The position numbers were made by a program, and so were the translations under genes. A DNA stretch of 64,000 nucleotides, taken from contig CAXBMO010000005.1 in the NCBI GenBank assembly GCA_963977015.1, forward strand, positions 256,001-320,000, in the 5' to 3' direction. This document shows positions 8,324 to 18,601 of the stretch, in pieces. Under the pieces are notes generated by a model. It did no database searches, was not told the origin of the DNA, and saw nothing but the letters and a program-made list of their open reading frames with translations. The stretch is from an uncultured bacterium. Lineage in GTDB: Bacteria; Verrucomicrobiota; Verrucomicrobiia; Verrucomicrobiales; DEV007. The first letter of the stretch is position 1; every line of letters starts with the position of its first letter.

Positions 8324-10681
8324 CTAGTAGTATTTGCCGAGCGTCGACTTCCAGACCTCTTTCATCTTCCCAATTTCAAGGTCAATAGCTCCCGAAACCT
8401 TGAACCGGTCGGAGCCCGCAACCGTTTTTCCGATTTCGAGCGCTGAGTTTCCAAAATGCTTTTGCACTTCGGCGGCGTCAGATGCCGCGACCTCGATCAC
8501 GATGCGGCCCGGAGTTTCGGAAAACATCTCAGCCACTGAGTCACCAAGTTTCAGTTCAACCCCGGCGACCTCTGAGAAAGCCATCTCGGCGAGGGTGGTG
8601 AGAAGCCCTCCTTCTGAAACATCGTGGGCCGAACGAATCCAGCCGGATTTGACCGCTGCGAAGTAGCTCCGATAGAGCGACAAATTGGCTTCCAGTTCCG
8701 TTTTCGGGACGGGTTGCGCCCCGAGGTCGAGTTTGCGGGCGAGCACGCTGCCACCAAGATCAGCCGTTGTCTTGCCGAGGAGCATCAGGACCGAGTCGGT
8801 TCCCGTGATCGACGAGCCGACAATGTGATCTGCGCTTTCGACAATCCCCATGCCACTCAGGAGCAGGGTTACCGGGATGGAAATCGATTCGCCATCGACT
8901 TCGAAAAAGTTGTAAAATGAGTCTTTGCCGGAGACGAAGGGTGCCTGATAGGCAAGGGCCGCTTCGGCCATCCCCTTACAGCTTTCGACCAAGGCTCCGA
9001 GTTCGCGGGGATCATCGGGATTCCCCATGCAAAAGTTGTCGAGAATCGCGATGCGATCGGGATCCGAGCCGACCGTAACGAGTTGGCGGACACATTCATC
9101 GACCACGGCCGCTCCCATGGCGTAAGGGTCGGTTTTTCCCCACTCCGGCAAAATGGCCAGGCCCATGGCCATGAGTTGATCGCTGCCATCAATGTGCATG
9201 ACGGCACCGTCCTGAGGCGCATCGCCTTTCGCGCCTGCCAATGGTTTCAGGTAGGTGTTGCCCTGCACCTCATGGTCGTATTCGCGGATGATTGGCGCAC
9301 GACTGCAAATCGCGAAATCGCCGAGCACTTCCAGGAGCGTCTCGTTGAGATCGAGGCTCTCCAGGTTGGGGGCCGGGTCATTGGGAACGGGAGACCACTC
9401 GCTGGTGCGATATTGTCGCGGAGCGGTGTGGAGCTTGGAATTGTCCAGCTCACAGACCATTTCGCCATTGTGACGAATCTTGAGGATTCCGGAACCGTCG
9501 GCCTGGCCCAGGACGCACATCTCCGTCTCGTAAATTTCAGCCAACCGTTCAAGTTGGGGCAGGGATTCCTCGGCGACGGCGAGCACCATGCGCTCCTGGC
9601 TTTCCGAGATGAAGATTTCCCAGCTGATGAGGCCTTCCTCCTTGAGCGGCGCATTCTCGAGATACAACTCACCGCCAATTTCGCTCAACATTTCCCCGGC
9701 GGCAGACGAGAACCCGCCAGCGCCGCAATCGGTGACAAATTCGATCAAGCCCTGCGCGCGTGCATCGAGAATGAAATCGCTAACCTTTTTCTCTTCGATC
9801 GGGTTCCCAATTTGGACGGCTTGGATATCTTCCTGGTGACTGGCGTCATCGAGCGCCATGGAGGAAAAGGTCGCTCCCTTAAGGCCATCCCGCCCCGTTC
9901 GACCACCCACGGCCACCACTTTCATCCCGGCTTCCACCGTTTTTGGGATGTCGGCAATCGGGATTACGCCGGCAGTGCCACAATAAACCAGAGGGTTATA
10001 AATGTAGGCCGGATCAAACTGGATCGCTCCGGAAACCGTGGGAATCCCCATGCGGTTCCCGTAATCCCGAACGCCGCGCACGACTCCTCGCATGATGCCA
10101 AGCGGATGAATCACGTCGTCGGTGCGAAGATCCCCGGCATTCGTGTCAGGCGGTCCAAAGCAGAAGACGTCCAGATTGGCGATGGGCTTGGCGCCCTTGC
10201 CGGCCCCGAGAATATCGCGAATCACGCCGCCGAGTCCGGTATTCGCGCCCGCATAGGGCTCGATGGCGCTGGGATGATTGTGCGTTTCGGCTTTCAGGCA
10301 AATCGCGAGGTTCTCATCGAGCTTGATGAAACCGGCGTTGTCGTCGAACGCGGCAACGACAAATCCCGGCTTTTGCTCGCGAATCCGGTCGGTGATCGCT
10401 TTGACGTAGGTCTTGAAAAGTCCATCGACGGTCTCCGTTTTGCCATCGTTGGTGTGCTGGATCTCCGCGCCAAAAATCCGGTGTTTGCAGTGCTCGCTCC
10501 ACGTTTGCGCAATGACTTCCAGTTCAACATCCGTTGGTTCGCGATCCCAATTCTGATAGATTTTCTGGACTTCGAGCATGTCCTCCCGGCTCAGCGAGAG
10601 TTTCATATCGGTGCTGAGCGCGAGCAACGCATCGGCGTCCAGGCCGGAAATGGGGATGTGGCGATAGGTCTTTGAGGACAT
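8324..10681 (-). CDS. purL: Phosphoribosylformylglycinamidine synthase subunit PurL
   Basis: QTWSEHCKH, KAETHNHPSAIEP, GRTGRDG, DCGAGG, SESQERM, SGKDS, HDVSEGG. No glutaminase domain. Confidence 0.96.
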   Translation of the reverse strand: MSSKTYRHIPISGLDADALLALSTDMKLSLSREDMLEVQKIYQNWDREPTDVELEVIAQTWSEHCKHRIFGAEIQHTNDGKTETVDGLFKTYVKAITDRIREQKPGFVVAAFDDNAGFIKLDENLAICLKAETHNHPSAIEPYAGANTGLGGVIRDILGAGKGAKPIANLDVFCFGPPDTNAGDLRTDDVIHPLGIMRGVVRGVRDYGNRMGIPTVSGAIQFDPAYIYNPLVYCGTAGVIPIADIPKTVEAGMKVVAVGGRTGRDGLKGATFSSMALDDASHQEDIQAVQIGNPIEEKKVSDFILDARAQGLIEFVTDCGAGGFSSAAGEMLSEIGGELYLENAPLKEEGLISWEIFISESQERMVLAVAEESLPQLERLAEIYETEMCVLGQADGSGILKIRHNGEMVCELDNSKLHTAPRQYRTSEWSPVPNDPAPNLESLDLNETLLEVLGDFAICSRAPIIREYDHEVQGNTYLKPLAGAKGDAPQDGAVMHIDGSDQLMAMGLAILPEWGKTDPYAMGAAVVDECVRQLVTVGSDPDRIAILDNFCMGNPDDPRELGALVESCKGMAEAALAYQAPFVSGKDSFYNFFEVDGESISIPVTLLLSGMGIVESADHIVGSSITGTDSVLMLLGKTTADLGGSVLARKLDLGAQPVPKTELEANLSLYRSYFAAVKSGWIRSAHDVSEGGLLTTLAEMAFSEVAGVELKLGDSVAEMFSETPGRIVIEVAASDAAEVQKHFGNSALEIGKTVAGSDRFKVSGAIDLEIGKMKEVWKSTLGKYY

Positions 10682-10683
10682 GA

Positions 10684-11145
10684 TCAACAGGCGGCTAAAG
10701 ACTTCTCTTGAATGTTCCAGTTGTGAATCGCCCGATTGACGATGTCGCGCTCAAATTGCTGAACAACTTGTTTTGAGGCCTCGCCGAAAACATAAATCCG
10801 GTGCCTGATCGCGAGACTCTCCAATTCAAATCCAGGGTCTTCCAAACTGCGATAGTAGTTCAAAACGGCTTCTTTTTCCAAGTCCAGCGCTCCCGGCTTC
10901 ATCCCGTAATCCAGAACAAACGCGAAGTCACTCCAAGGCTCAGCCCCGGTGGAGAGGTCCTGGCTTATCTCATCGAGCAGACACTTGCGGACAAACTCGG
11001 TCAGGCGATCAACCGGACCGCCAAAGTCGAATTCATAACTCCGTGACTGCCGATAGCTCAGCGTCCCGCTCAGCGGCGCATAGAGCAGGGCATTGCAGTC
11101 TGCGGGTTCCTCAAATTTTCCTGTGATTTCGTAGCGGGTATACAC
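10684..11145 (-). CDS. Probable PurS-like subunit (two-module)
   Basis: Abuts purL. MKPGALDLE and DIVNRAIH resemble the PurS KPGVLDP and LxNPVI motifs. Confidence 0.55.
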   Translation of the reverse strand: MYTRYEITGKFEEPADCNALLYAPLSGTLSYRQSRSYEFDFGGPVDRLTEFVRKCLLDEISQDLSTGAEPWSDFAFVLDYGMKPGALDLEKEAVLNYYRSLEDPGFELESLAIRHRIYVFGEASKQVVQQFERDIVNRAIHNWNIQEKSLAAC

Positions 11146-11208
11146 GGCGTGTTCGGTCTAACAGAGCCGCCATTCTTCCACGCTACCAAGTGGGTTTGCA
11201 AACGCTTT

Positions 11209-12390
11209 TCAGCCTTCAAAAGTTGCGCTAACCAAGCTTCCGGAATCGGCTTCCTCCGCCTCAACCGGCTCGACCACCGCCCGGGGAGTTGCGGTTTCCT
11301 CGGCAAATGAAGCCTCTTCCCAACTCGAAAAGTAAACCGGACTCGAGGCGACTTCTTCCGCGATCGCCGCGCCCACTTCCCGCATCCGAACTTCCGCTGC
11401 AACTTCGTCCGCGATCAGGCGCCAATTGAGATTCGCGACCGAATCATCGCTTTTCCGCAGCTGATCGAGGAAAATTTCTCCGAAGTTGCTGTACACTTCA
11501 CCGGAGGTTCCACGAAAGCTGTCACGATCGTGTCGGGTCGCGGTGAGGACGGCGAGATTTGGCACGTTGGTCAGAGTATCCTCGGCCAGTTCTTCGAAAT
11601 TACTCCTCACAAAGCCACCACTGTAATCAGCCTGCAGCACGACGTATTTTGGAGTTTCCTCAGGGAATTCCGCCAAAACCTGCTTCAAATAGCGCGGAGT
11701 GAACAATAGATGCTCGATCGCGATTCCATCACGGAGAGCCTCCAACCTCATCCGGGAATTCATGTGGCCGCTGGGGCCGCCGGCCAGATCAATGCGATAT
11801 TGGCCAAAGTATTCCGTGTGATGTTGCGCCAACTCACGTTCCACGCCGTTGGCTTGATCCACCCAGATTGGCTTTCGCCCCTTTCCTGCCGCATACAAGT
11901 AGACAAATTCCGGTTCCCCTTTAATCGCCTCCCTCATGTGACGGTAGATCAGATGCGGCGCCGCGAGATAGAAGCCTTCCACTTCGGTTGCCAATTGATC
12001 AAACTGTTCCCGGTGAGCTTCGTATTCGGCCGGATTTGGCTTTACGTAAAAACAACTAATCCCGCTCGCCGGATGCCCTGACTGGATCAACAGGCGCCGA
12101 TGGTCGACAATTTCCTGGAGATAATTGGGAGATTCCGCTCCGCCGGCAATCAGGAAAATGTGGGCGCTGGAGGATGCGGTGGTTCGGTTGTAGTCCGGAA
12201 ATTGATCCTTCACACTGAGGTCACCGGTGGTCTCCTCGTCGGTCAGATCTCGAAGCTTCAAGGGTTCGCCCGAGACGGCTGTGAGATCTTTTTTTCCGAG
12301 GTCTGTAACGGAGCAGCTGGTTAGGCCCACGACCCCCGCCAGCAAAGAAAGAACGGCGAGATATCGGATGGAAATGGGAAACTCGAACAT
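11209..12390 (-). CDS. Lipoprotein with peptidase C13/caspase-like fold, catalytic residues substituted
   Basis: Lipobox LTSC; YLYAAGKG, VLQADYSGGF, LTATRHDRDSF. Confidence 0.6.
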   Translation of the reverse strand: MFEFPISIRYLAVLSLLAGVVGLTSCSVTDLGKKDLTAVSGEPLKLRDLTDEETTGDLSVKDQFPDYNRTTASSSAHIFLIAGGAESPNYLQEIVDHRRLLIQSGHPASGISCFYVKPNPAEYEAHREQFDQLATEVEGFYLAAPHLIYRHMREAIKGEPEFVYLYAAGKGRKPIWVDQANGVERELAQHHTEYFGQYRIDLAGGPSGHMNSRMRLEALRDGIAIEHLLFTPRYLKQVLAEFPEETPKYVVLQADYSGGFVRSNFEELAEDTLTNVPNLAVLTATRHDRDSFRGTSGEVYSNFGEIFLDQLRKSDDSVANLNWRLIADEVAAEVRMREVGAAIAEEVASSPVYFSSWEEASFAEETATPRAVVEPVEAEEADSGSLVSATFEG

Positions 12391-12527
12391 AGGCGGGGCA
12401 ATTTTGAATGGAGGAAACCTCTGAAAGTTACTTTCGAGAAATTAACTATCAACAGAACTTGTTAATTTTGTTCTGTGTCAGGTTAGCGCCCTCCAGTTCA
12501 AAGGGTTGGAAACCGCCGGGCTGAATT

Positions 12528-14486
12528 TCAGCCGTCCAGTTCTTTCAATTCCTCCTCAAAACCTCCCGACAAGATGGGAAATCGACACCAGGTTTTGGGG
12601 TCGAGATTCGCGTCATCCAGATGAAAGGACGGAGCATAACGCTCGCGCTTCCACTGATTGCGGCTCCAGAGCGTGAAAAATCGTTTCACCCAGCCTTTGA
12701 GAAGAGGCTCGTCATGCTTGGGAAACTGAACGCACATCAGCTCGAAAACGGCTTTGGGCATTTTCTTGTCGCGAATCGCGGCGCATTCGATCGCATTGAG
12801 GACCGGATACGGCATCAGGTCGTCCTCATCGGTCTGCTTCGACGCCTGAGGCCGCAATTCTGCGGTAGGTTGCTGATCGTTGATGAATTTGAGCGCGGGA
12901 ATCGGCTCGATGTCCGGGCCGCCCTCCGTTTCCAACCACCGCAGCCAATTTCGCAAAAACGCTTTATCGATCCCGGCAATGGGGCTCAATCCACCACTCG
13001 TATCGCCATCCATCGTGGCGTATCCCACGGCTGCTTCGGAGCGATTGCTGGTGCTGAGGAGCAACGCGCCCTTGATGTTGGTCAGCATCCAGATTCCGGG
13101 AGAGCGAACGCGAGCCTGGATGTTTTGCAGCGCGATATCGTCCTTTTCCCAAGTGAGCTCGCGCCCAATGGATTCAGCGATTCGGGCGGAATACCCTTCG
13201 ACCAATTCCTCGATATCCCACTCATGAAACCCCGCGCCCAGCGCGGAAGCGACTTCGCGTGCGGCGGTTCTCGTCACCTCGCCGCTGTTTCGCGTGGCCT
13301 GGTAAACGCAGGTCAGCAGGTTCGATGGCCAATCTTCCACTTTCTTCCCGAGCCAGTCTCCCAACCGGCTCTTGACCTCGGCGTCGCCCAGTTCCTCCCG
13401 GGCAAGGCTCAACATGAGGTGAACGAGGCAGGCAACCGCTCCTGAATCCGCCCCGCCGCTGAGCGAAACGACGAATCCGCGACTGTGGCTTTTTCTCAGG
13501 TAATCGAAAAGTCCCAACGACACCGCGCGGCTGAACTCGGACTCTTTCGACATCGGTCCGGTTGGCATGGCTTCCGGTAATTCGGGAGCCACTTCCGGCC
13601 AATCGAACGCGACCGCCGGCAGATCGCGATGGGTTTCCGGATCAATGTCGCGACTGACGACTCGAGCTTGAAGCGTGCGGATTTGGTGAAGGTCGAAAAC
13701 CGCACTAGTGACGTGAACCTCGCCAAACTTGAGACGCGGCCCTTCCGCGAGGAGCCGGCCGCCACTCGCCAAAATGCAGCCTCCATCGTAGATCGAGCGG
13801 CCCGCCTCATTCCCCATCAAATTCGCGTAAACGTAGCCACACGAAAACGCGCGGGAGTTGTCCAGGATGAACCCTTTGCGCGTATCCTGCTTGCCAAAGG
13901 CGAAGTGGCTCGCGCTGGGATTCAGAATGATATCCAAGCCCTCCCTGGCCAGTTTGATTCCGGGCGGATCCGTAACCCAGGCATCTTCACAGATTTCGAG
14001 GCCGACCCGCACTTTCCCAGTCTTGGAATTGCCGATTTCGAAAAGTTGGTCACCGATGAGGTAACCACCCCGCTCGGTTTTGCCGAGTTTCCCTTCGGGC
14101 CAGGCTTTGAACCAGCGCGGCTCATAGTGGAGACCGTCACCGGCCAGATTCTGCTTGGCGACGAGGCCCTTCAATTCGCCATCAACCAGCATCGCAGCCG
14201 CGTTGAACAATCCACCCCGCAGAAAAACGGGTAGCCCAATAACGACGGCCATCCCGACGGTTTCTTGCTGCAGAGACTCCAGAACGTCCCAGGCTCGATC
14301 GGCGACATCAATGGAGAGAAACGCGTCTTCGCAACCGTATCCCGTGATCGAAAGCTCTGGAAAACAAAGCAGGGAGACGCCCTGCTCGCGCGCCTGACCA
14401 ATGGCTTGAACAATGCGATTGCGGTTTCCGACCCAATCGAGCGGAGTTTGGTTGAGAGCGGCAGCGCCGACACGGATTCGATTCAT
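12528..14486 (-). CDS. nadE: Glutamine-dependent NAD+ synthetase
   Basis: CN-hydrolase domain (FPELSITGY, EICEDAW) plus NAD synthase domain (SLSGGADS, QNIQARVR, TSNRSE, PTAEL, QWKR). Confidence 0.96.
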   Translation of the reverse strand: MNRIRVGAAALNQTPLDWVGNRNRIVQAIGQAREQGVSLLCFPELSITGYGCEDAFLSIDVADRAWDVLESLQQETVGMAVVIGLPVFLRGGLFNAAAMLVDGELKGLVAKQNLAGDGLHYEPRWFKAWPEGKLGKTERGGYLIGDQLFEIGNSKTGKVRVGLEICEDAWVTDPPGIKLAREGLDIILNPSASHFAFGKQDTRKGFILDNSRAFSCGYVYANLMGNEAGRSIYDGGCILASGGRLLAEGPRLKFGEVHVTSAVFDLHQIRTLQARVVSRDIDPETHRDLPAVAFDWPEVAPELPEAMPTGPMSKESEFSRAVSLGLFDYLRKSHSRGFVVSLSGGADSGAVACLVHLMLSLAREELGDAEVKSRLGDWLGKKVEDWPSNLLTCVYQATRNSGEVTRTAAREVASALGAGFHEWDIEELVEGYSARIAESIGRELTWEKDDIALQNIQARVRSPGIWMLTNIKGALLLSTSNRSEAAVGYATMDGDTSGGLSPIAGIDKAFLRNWLRWLETEGGPDIEPIPALKFINDQQPTAELRPQASKQTDEDDLMPYPVLNAIECAAIRDKKMPKAVFELMCVQFPKHDEPLLKGWVKRFFTLWSRNQWKRERYAPSFHLDDANLDPKTWCRFPILSGGFEEELKELDG

Positions 14487-14584
14487 CTTAGCCGGTACCA
14501 TGCCTCATCCGACGGAAGCCGTAAACGCGGATTCTTCTCGACTTGGCTGACCTCACGGTTCAATCTTTTTTTAGCCTCACACGC

Positions 14585-14824
14585 ATGAAACTCACAGGAT
14601 TCACACTCGGGATCATCTGCGCCGTGGCCCTTTCCAGTTGCAAAACGACGGAAACGACCGCCTCCGGCAACCTTCCACTGATTTCCCCGACTCAATTCGA
14701 GCAACGCTACGAGCTCGACCAGGTTCACTCCGCAGTGACCGATACGTTTATCGACCGAACGCAGGTGGTCCCCTCTCAAATCGCCAATCTCCAGGCTGAA
14801 GTGACCGGAATGGGAGTGCGCTGA
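14585..14824 (+). CDS. Small hypothetical lipoprotein
   Basis: Signal peptide with lipobox ALSSC. Fills the gap between nadE and araD. Confidence 0.6.
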   Translation: MKLTGFTLGIICAVALSSCKTTETTASGNLPLISPTQFEQRYELDQVHSAVTDTFIDRTQVVPSQIANLQAEVTGMGVR

Positions 14825-14828
14825 TCGG

Positions 14829-15527
14829 CTACTTTTGCCCGTAATAGGCGCCGGGGCCGTGTTTGCGAAGATAGTGCTTATTGAGGATGTGCGCCGGTAA
14901 ATCAGGAGCGCCGGGATCAAGTTGGTAGGCCCCCAGAACCATCTGGCAACACACCTCCAAAGCGATGCTGTTCTTTACGGAGTCGACCGCGCCTTTGCCC
15001 CAGGTAAACGGAGCGTGAAACCGCTGAAGCGCGGCCGGCATTTCAACGGGATTGATCTTTCTCTCGCGAAAACACTCCACAATCGCCAAGCCGGTGTTCG
15101 TTTCGTAATCCGCCTCCACTTCTTCCGGCGTTAACTCCCGAACCAACGGAACGGTTCCGTAGAAATGGTCCGCGTGAGTCGTTCCCTGGCAGGGTAATTC
15201 CCGTCCCGCCTGGCAAAACATGACCGCGTTGACACTGTGGGTGTGGGTAATCCCCCCGATTTCAGGAAACTCCCGATAGAGCACGAGATGGGTCGGGGTA
15301 TCGGACGAAGGATTGTAGCTCCCCTCAACCACCTTTCCCTCCAGATCGACGACCACGAGATCCTCCGCCCGGAGATTCGCGTAGGCAACGCCACTTGGCT
15401 TGATCACAAAGCAACCCGAGTCGCGGTCCATTCCACTCACGTTTCCCCAAGTGAGTTTCACCAACCCCTCACTTTCGAGCATCAGGTTCGCCTTCAACAC
15501 TTCCTCACGGAGTTCTTCTAACATCAT
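14829..15527 (-). CDS. araD: L-ribulose-5-phosphate 4-epimerase
   Basis: TWGNVS, IKPSGV, PSSDTPTH, HTHS, GTTHADHFYG, KHYLRKHGPGAYYGQ. Confidence 0.96.
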   Translation of the reverse strand: MMLEELREEVLKANLMLESEGLVKLTWGNVSGMDRDSGCFVIKPSGVAYANLRAEDLVVVDLEGKVVEGSYNPSSDTPTHLVLYREFPEIGGITHTHSVNAVMFCQAGRELPCQGTTHADHFYGTVPLVRELTPEEVEADYETNTGLAIVECFRERKINPVEMPAALQRFHAPFTWGKGAVDSVKNSIALEVCCQMVLGAYQLDPGAPDLPAHILNKHYLRKHGPGAYYGQK

Positions 15528-15658
15528 GGGAGGCAATGAGAGCGGAAAAGCGGGGTTTTGTCCATCAGACAGGCTGTTATCTAACAATCCGGTGCATTCC
15601 GGCAAAGTTGACTTTTTATCTTTAGAAAAGAGTTTATCGTTTCCTAACCTATTGTCCC

Positions 15659-16639
15659 ATGAGTTTTGAACCTTCTGATTTTAAGGAACCTGCCACTTCA
15701 ACCTTGGCTCGTAAAATCGCGGCTGTGATGATTCCTGTCGTGGCTGCAGTTCCGGTCACGATTGCGGTCGTCCAGAATTCGAAAAGCAACGTTCCGTCAG
15801 CGCCCGAAATGAACGCGATGCTGGGAGCCGAGGTGCAGGAAGAAACTCCGAGTGTGATATCGAACGATCCCGACATTCCACTGGATACCCCGGAAAATGA
15901 GGTGCCTCCTGGCCCAACCAATTTGGCTGACACCGAAACGCCCTCTGAGGATTTGGCTCCGCAAACCGACGACGCCGCAACTGAGGATTCGGCTTCGAAA
16001 AGTGATTCAGAAGAAGAGCCGCCAATGGATTTGGCCGACACCAGCCTTCCGGCGCCTCCAGCAACAGATCCCATTGCAGAAGTCGTGGAGACACCTGCGG
16101 AACACACCGTTCAGCCGGGAGAAACCCTTTACGGGATTGGTCAGAAGTATGGTCTGGAAGCGGATGAGCTTGCGCAGGCCAATGGCATTCCCATCGACAA
16201 ACCGATTATTCCCGGCCAATCGCTTGGCATTCCCAAAGAGGGACTCCTCGCGGTTTCCGGAAGAAAGCCCTTTACCAGGGATGACACCGTCACTCCGCCA
16301 TCAGGCCCCGTTGCGATGGATCGTTCCGGAACTGACGAAGGCTACTCTCCACCTGCCGCCCCAAGATACATTCCACCTTCCATCCCGGCAGAAAACCTTC
16401 CCGTAGACAAGACAACCCAGGAAAATGGGCGTTTGAGCTGGGACAAATCCAACAGGACCCCGGCAACCGCGAAATATTGCATCGCGTATGTGGTTCATCG
16501 CGGGGACACCCTCGAATCGATCGCGTTTTCACACTCGACGACTGGAGAAATCATCAAGGGAATGAATCACTCCACCGTCATCACTCCCGGCCAGGTTATC
16601 ATGATCCCGGTTGATGGAATCATGACGCCCTGCCAGTAA
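15659..16639 (+). CDS. LysM-domain protein (two LysM, N-terminal TM, acidic Pro-rich linker)
   Basis: HTVQPGETLYGIG...IIPGQSLGIP and YVVHRGDTLESIA...ITPGQVIMIP. Confidence 0.88.
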   Translation: MSFEPSDFKEPATSTLARKIAAVMIPVVAAVPVTIAVVQNSKSNVPSAPEMNAMLGAEVQEETPSVISNDPDIPLDTPENEVPPGPTNLADTETPSEDLAPQTDDAATEDSASKSDSEEEPPMDLADTSLPAPPATDPIAEVVETPAEHTVQPGETLYGIGQKYGLEADELAQANGIPIDKPIIPGQSLGIPKEGLLAVSGRKPFTRDDTVTPPSGPVAMDRSGTDEGYSPPAAPRYIPPSIPAENLPVDKTTQENGRLSWDKSNRTPATAKYCIAYVVHRGDTLESIAFSHSTTGEIIKGMNHSTVITPGQVIMIPVDGIMTPCQ

Positions 16640-16701
16640 CCCGCTGCAGGGTTTGCGACTTGGCCTTGAAATCGTTGCATTGCAGCGACAAGGTCGAGGC
16701 A

Positions 16702-17376
16702 ATGAGCGAGTTGATCGTTGAGCTACGACAGGTCACCAAAAAGTACGAGGATCGCGCGGTTTTGCGCAATTTGGAATTCAGCGTCTCTGCTGGAGATCGA
16801 ATTTCGATTGTCGGGTCATCAGGTTGCGGGAAATCCACCCTTTTGAACCTTCTCGGCACCCTCGACCGACCCACCTCCGGGGATATCATCTTCGAAGGGA
16901 AGAATTTGGCCGAATGCAGCGAAGAGGAACTCGCCGCGCTGCGCCGTGAAAAAATCGGGTTCATTTTTCAGCTCCACCATTTGCTGCCCCAGTGCACCGT
17001 TCTTGAGAATATCCTCGTCCCGACTCTCGCCGGTGAAAAGCCGAGCAAAGCAGCCCAATTTGAAGCCAGCAAACGCGGCGAGAAGCTGTTGGAACGCGTC
17101 GGACTGCGCGATCACGTCACCAAGTATCCCGCCCAGCTTTCCGGGGGAGAACGCCAACGCGTCGCCGTGGTTCGCTCCCTCATCAATCAACCCAAGTTGC
17201 TGCTCGCGGATGAGCCGACGGGTGCGCTCGACGAAGAAAATGCGGAACGGCTCGTCGATCTGTTGGTCGAGATCAGCAATGCGGAAGGTGTCGCCCTGGT
17301 GATGGTGACTCATGATCGCAATTTGGCGAACCGGATGCGAGTGACCCGCGAAATCCACGGAGGTCGACTGAAATGA
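16702..17376 (+). CDS. ABC transporter ATP-binding protein (LolD/MacB-like)
   Basis: GSSGCGKST, GFIFQLHHLL, LSGGERQR, ADEPTGALD, VTHD. Confidence 0.92.
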   Translation: MSELIVELRQVTKKYEDRAVLRNLEFSVSAGDRISIVGSSGCGKSTLLNLLGTLDRPTSGDIIFEGKNLAECSEEELAALRREKIGFIFQLHHLLPQCTVLENILVPTLAGEKPSKAAQFEASKRGEKLLERVGLRDHVTKYPAQLSGGERQRVAVVRSLINQPKLLLADEPTGALDEENAERLVDLLVEISNAEGVALVMVTHDRNLANRMRVTREIHGGRLK

Positions 17377-18578
17377 GCATCGCAGCTCGGTTTCTCGTCA
17401 CCGCGATTGTCTGGGTTTCTGCGAATGCCGTTCCAACCAGCCTGCAAGCTGCCGACTGGCCGCAATGGCGAGGTCCCGATGAATCGGGAATCGCCCGGGA
17501 AACCGTTTCCCCCATTTCGGACATCGACTTCGTCTGGAAAAGCGAGGTCGGGAAAGGCTTTTCCGGCGTTTCCGTGGCCGACGGGCTCGCCTACACCATG
17601 GGATCAAACGGGGAGGAAGAAACGGTTTGGTGCTTTGACGCCAACACGGGTGAGGTTCGTTGGCAGGATTCCTATCCCGCAGCATTGATGCCGAATCTTC
17701 ATGAAGGAGGCCCGGGTTCGACCCCGACGATTGACGGTGATCATCTCTTCACCCTGAGCAAGGATGGCTTGGCTTCCTGTTACGACGCAAAGAGCGGCAA
17801 ACGCATTTGGCAGACCAAACTGGGAAGCCCGCCGGAATGGGGATTCGCAGGGTCTCCCTACCTTTTCGGGACCGAGGAAGTCTTGTTTGAAGCGGGCGCC
17901 ACGATTTCCCTGAATCGCCGAGATGGCCGCCGCATATGGGCCAGTTCCCCTTTCAAGCCGGGTTACGGCTCGCCGATCGCTTTCGACTTTGCCGGGAAAT
18001 CGCGGATTGCGGTGCTGAAAAACGACGACCTAGCGATCCTGGATCCTCAGGGAAAAACCATCGCGACGTCCCCCTGGAAAACGGCATTTGCAACCAACGC
18101 AACCACTCCAATCGTTCATGGCGATTTGATCTTCCTCTCGACCGGATATGCACGGGGATGCGCCTTGCTGCGCTTCGACGGAACACGCCTGGAGGAGGTT
18201 TACCAAAACCAATCGATGAGCAATCACATGAACAACAGCGTGTTGATCGATGGTTACCTCTACGGATTTGATGGAACGGCTCATCGCGGTCCCTCGACAC
18301 AGTTTGCCTGTGTGGAATTCGCAACCGGAGAAGTGCAATGGAAGGAAGGCGGCCTGGGATGTGGCGGCGTGATCGCCGACAACGACGGCACATTGATCAT
18401 CCTCAGCGAACGCGGCGAACTGGTTTTGGCCAAGGCATCCCCGGAAGCTTTTGAACCCGAGACTCGCGAGCAAATTGTGGGCGGACGTTGTTGGACCGCT
18501 CCCGTCCTGGCAAACGGTAAGGTCTATGCGCGAAACGCGTCTGGCGATTTGGTCTGCGTGAGTTTGCAGGCTAACTAA
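17373..18578 (+). CDS. PQQ-binding-like beta-propeller protein (PVC BamB-like family)
   Basis: ADWPQWRGP, repeated CxDAxxGxxxW, WTAPVLANGKVYARN. Confidence 0.88.
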   Translation: MSIAARFLVTAIVWVSANAVPTSLQAADWPQWRGPDESGIARETVSPISDIDFVWKSEVGKGFSGVSVADGLAYTMGSNGEEETVWCFDANTGEVRWQDSYPAALMPNLHEGGPGSTPTIDGDHLFTLSKDGLASCYDAKSGKRIWQTKLGSPPEWGFAGSPYLFGTEEVLFEAGATISLNRRDGRRIWASSPFKPGYGSPIAFDFAGKSRIAVLKNDDLAILDPQGKTIATSPWKTAFATNATTPIVHGDLIFLSTGYARGCALLRFDGTRLEEVYQNQSMSNHMNNSVLIDGYLYGFDGTAHRGPSTQFACVEFATGEVQWKEGGLGCGGVIADNDGTLIILSERGELVLAKASPEAFEPETREQIVGGRCWTAPVLANGKVYARNASGDLVCVSLQAN

Positions 18579-18601
18579 TTTCCCCCTACGTTCGCATCCC
18601 C

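Noticed and set aside
9083-10675. Long antisense ORFs (also 1654-3033, 40600-42174, 50915-52360)
   Set aside because: Shadows of well-supported genes on the opposite strand, with no recognisable motifs.
10670-10690. TGT-TGA (C-U) at the end of the PurS-like gene as Sec
   Set aside because: Read-through would run out of frame into purL, and there is no SECIS-like hairpin.
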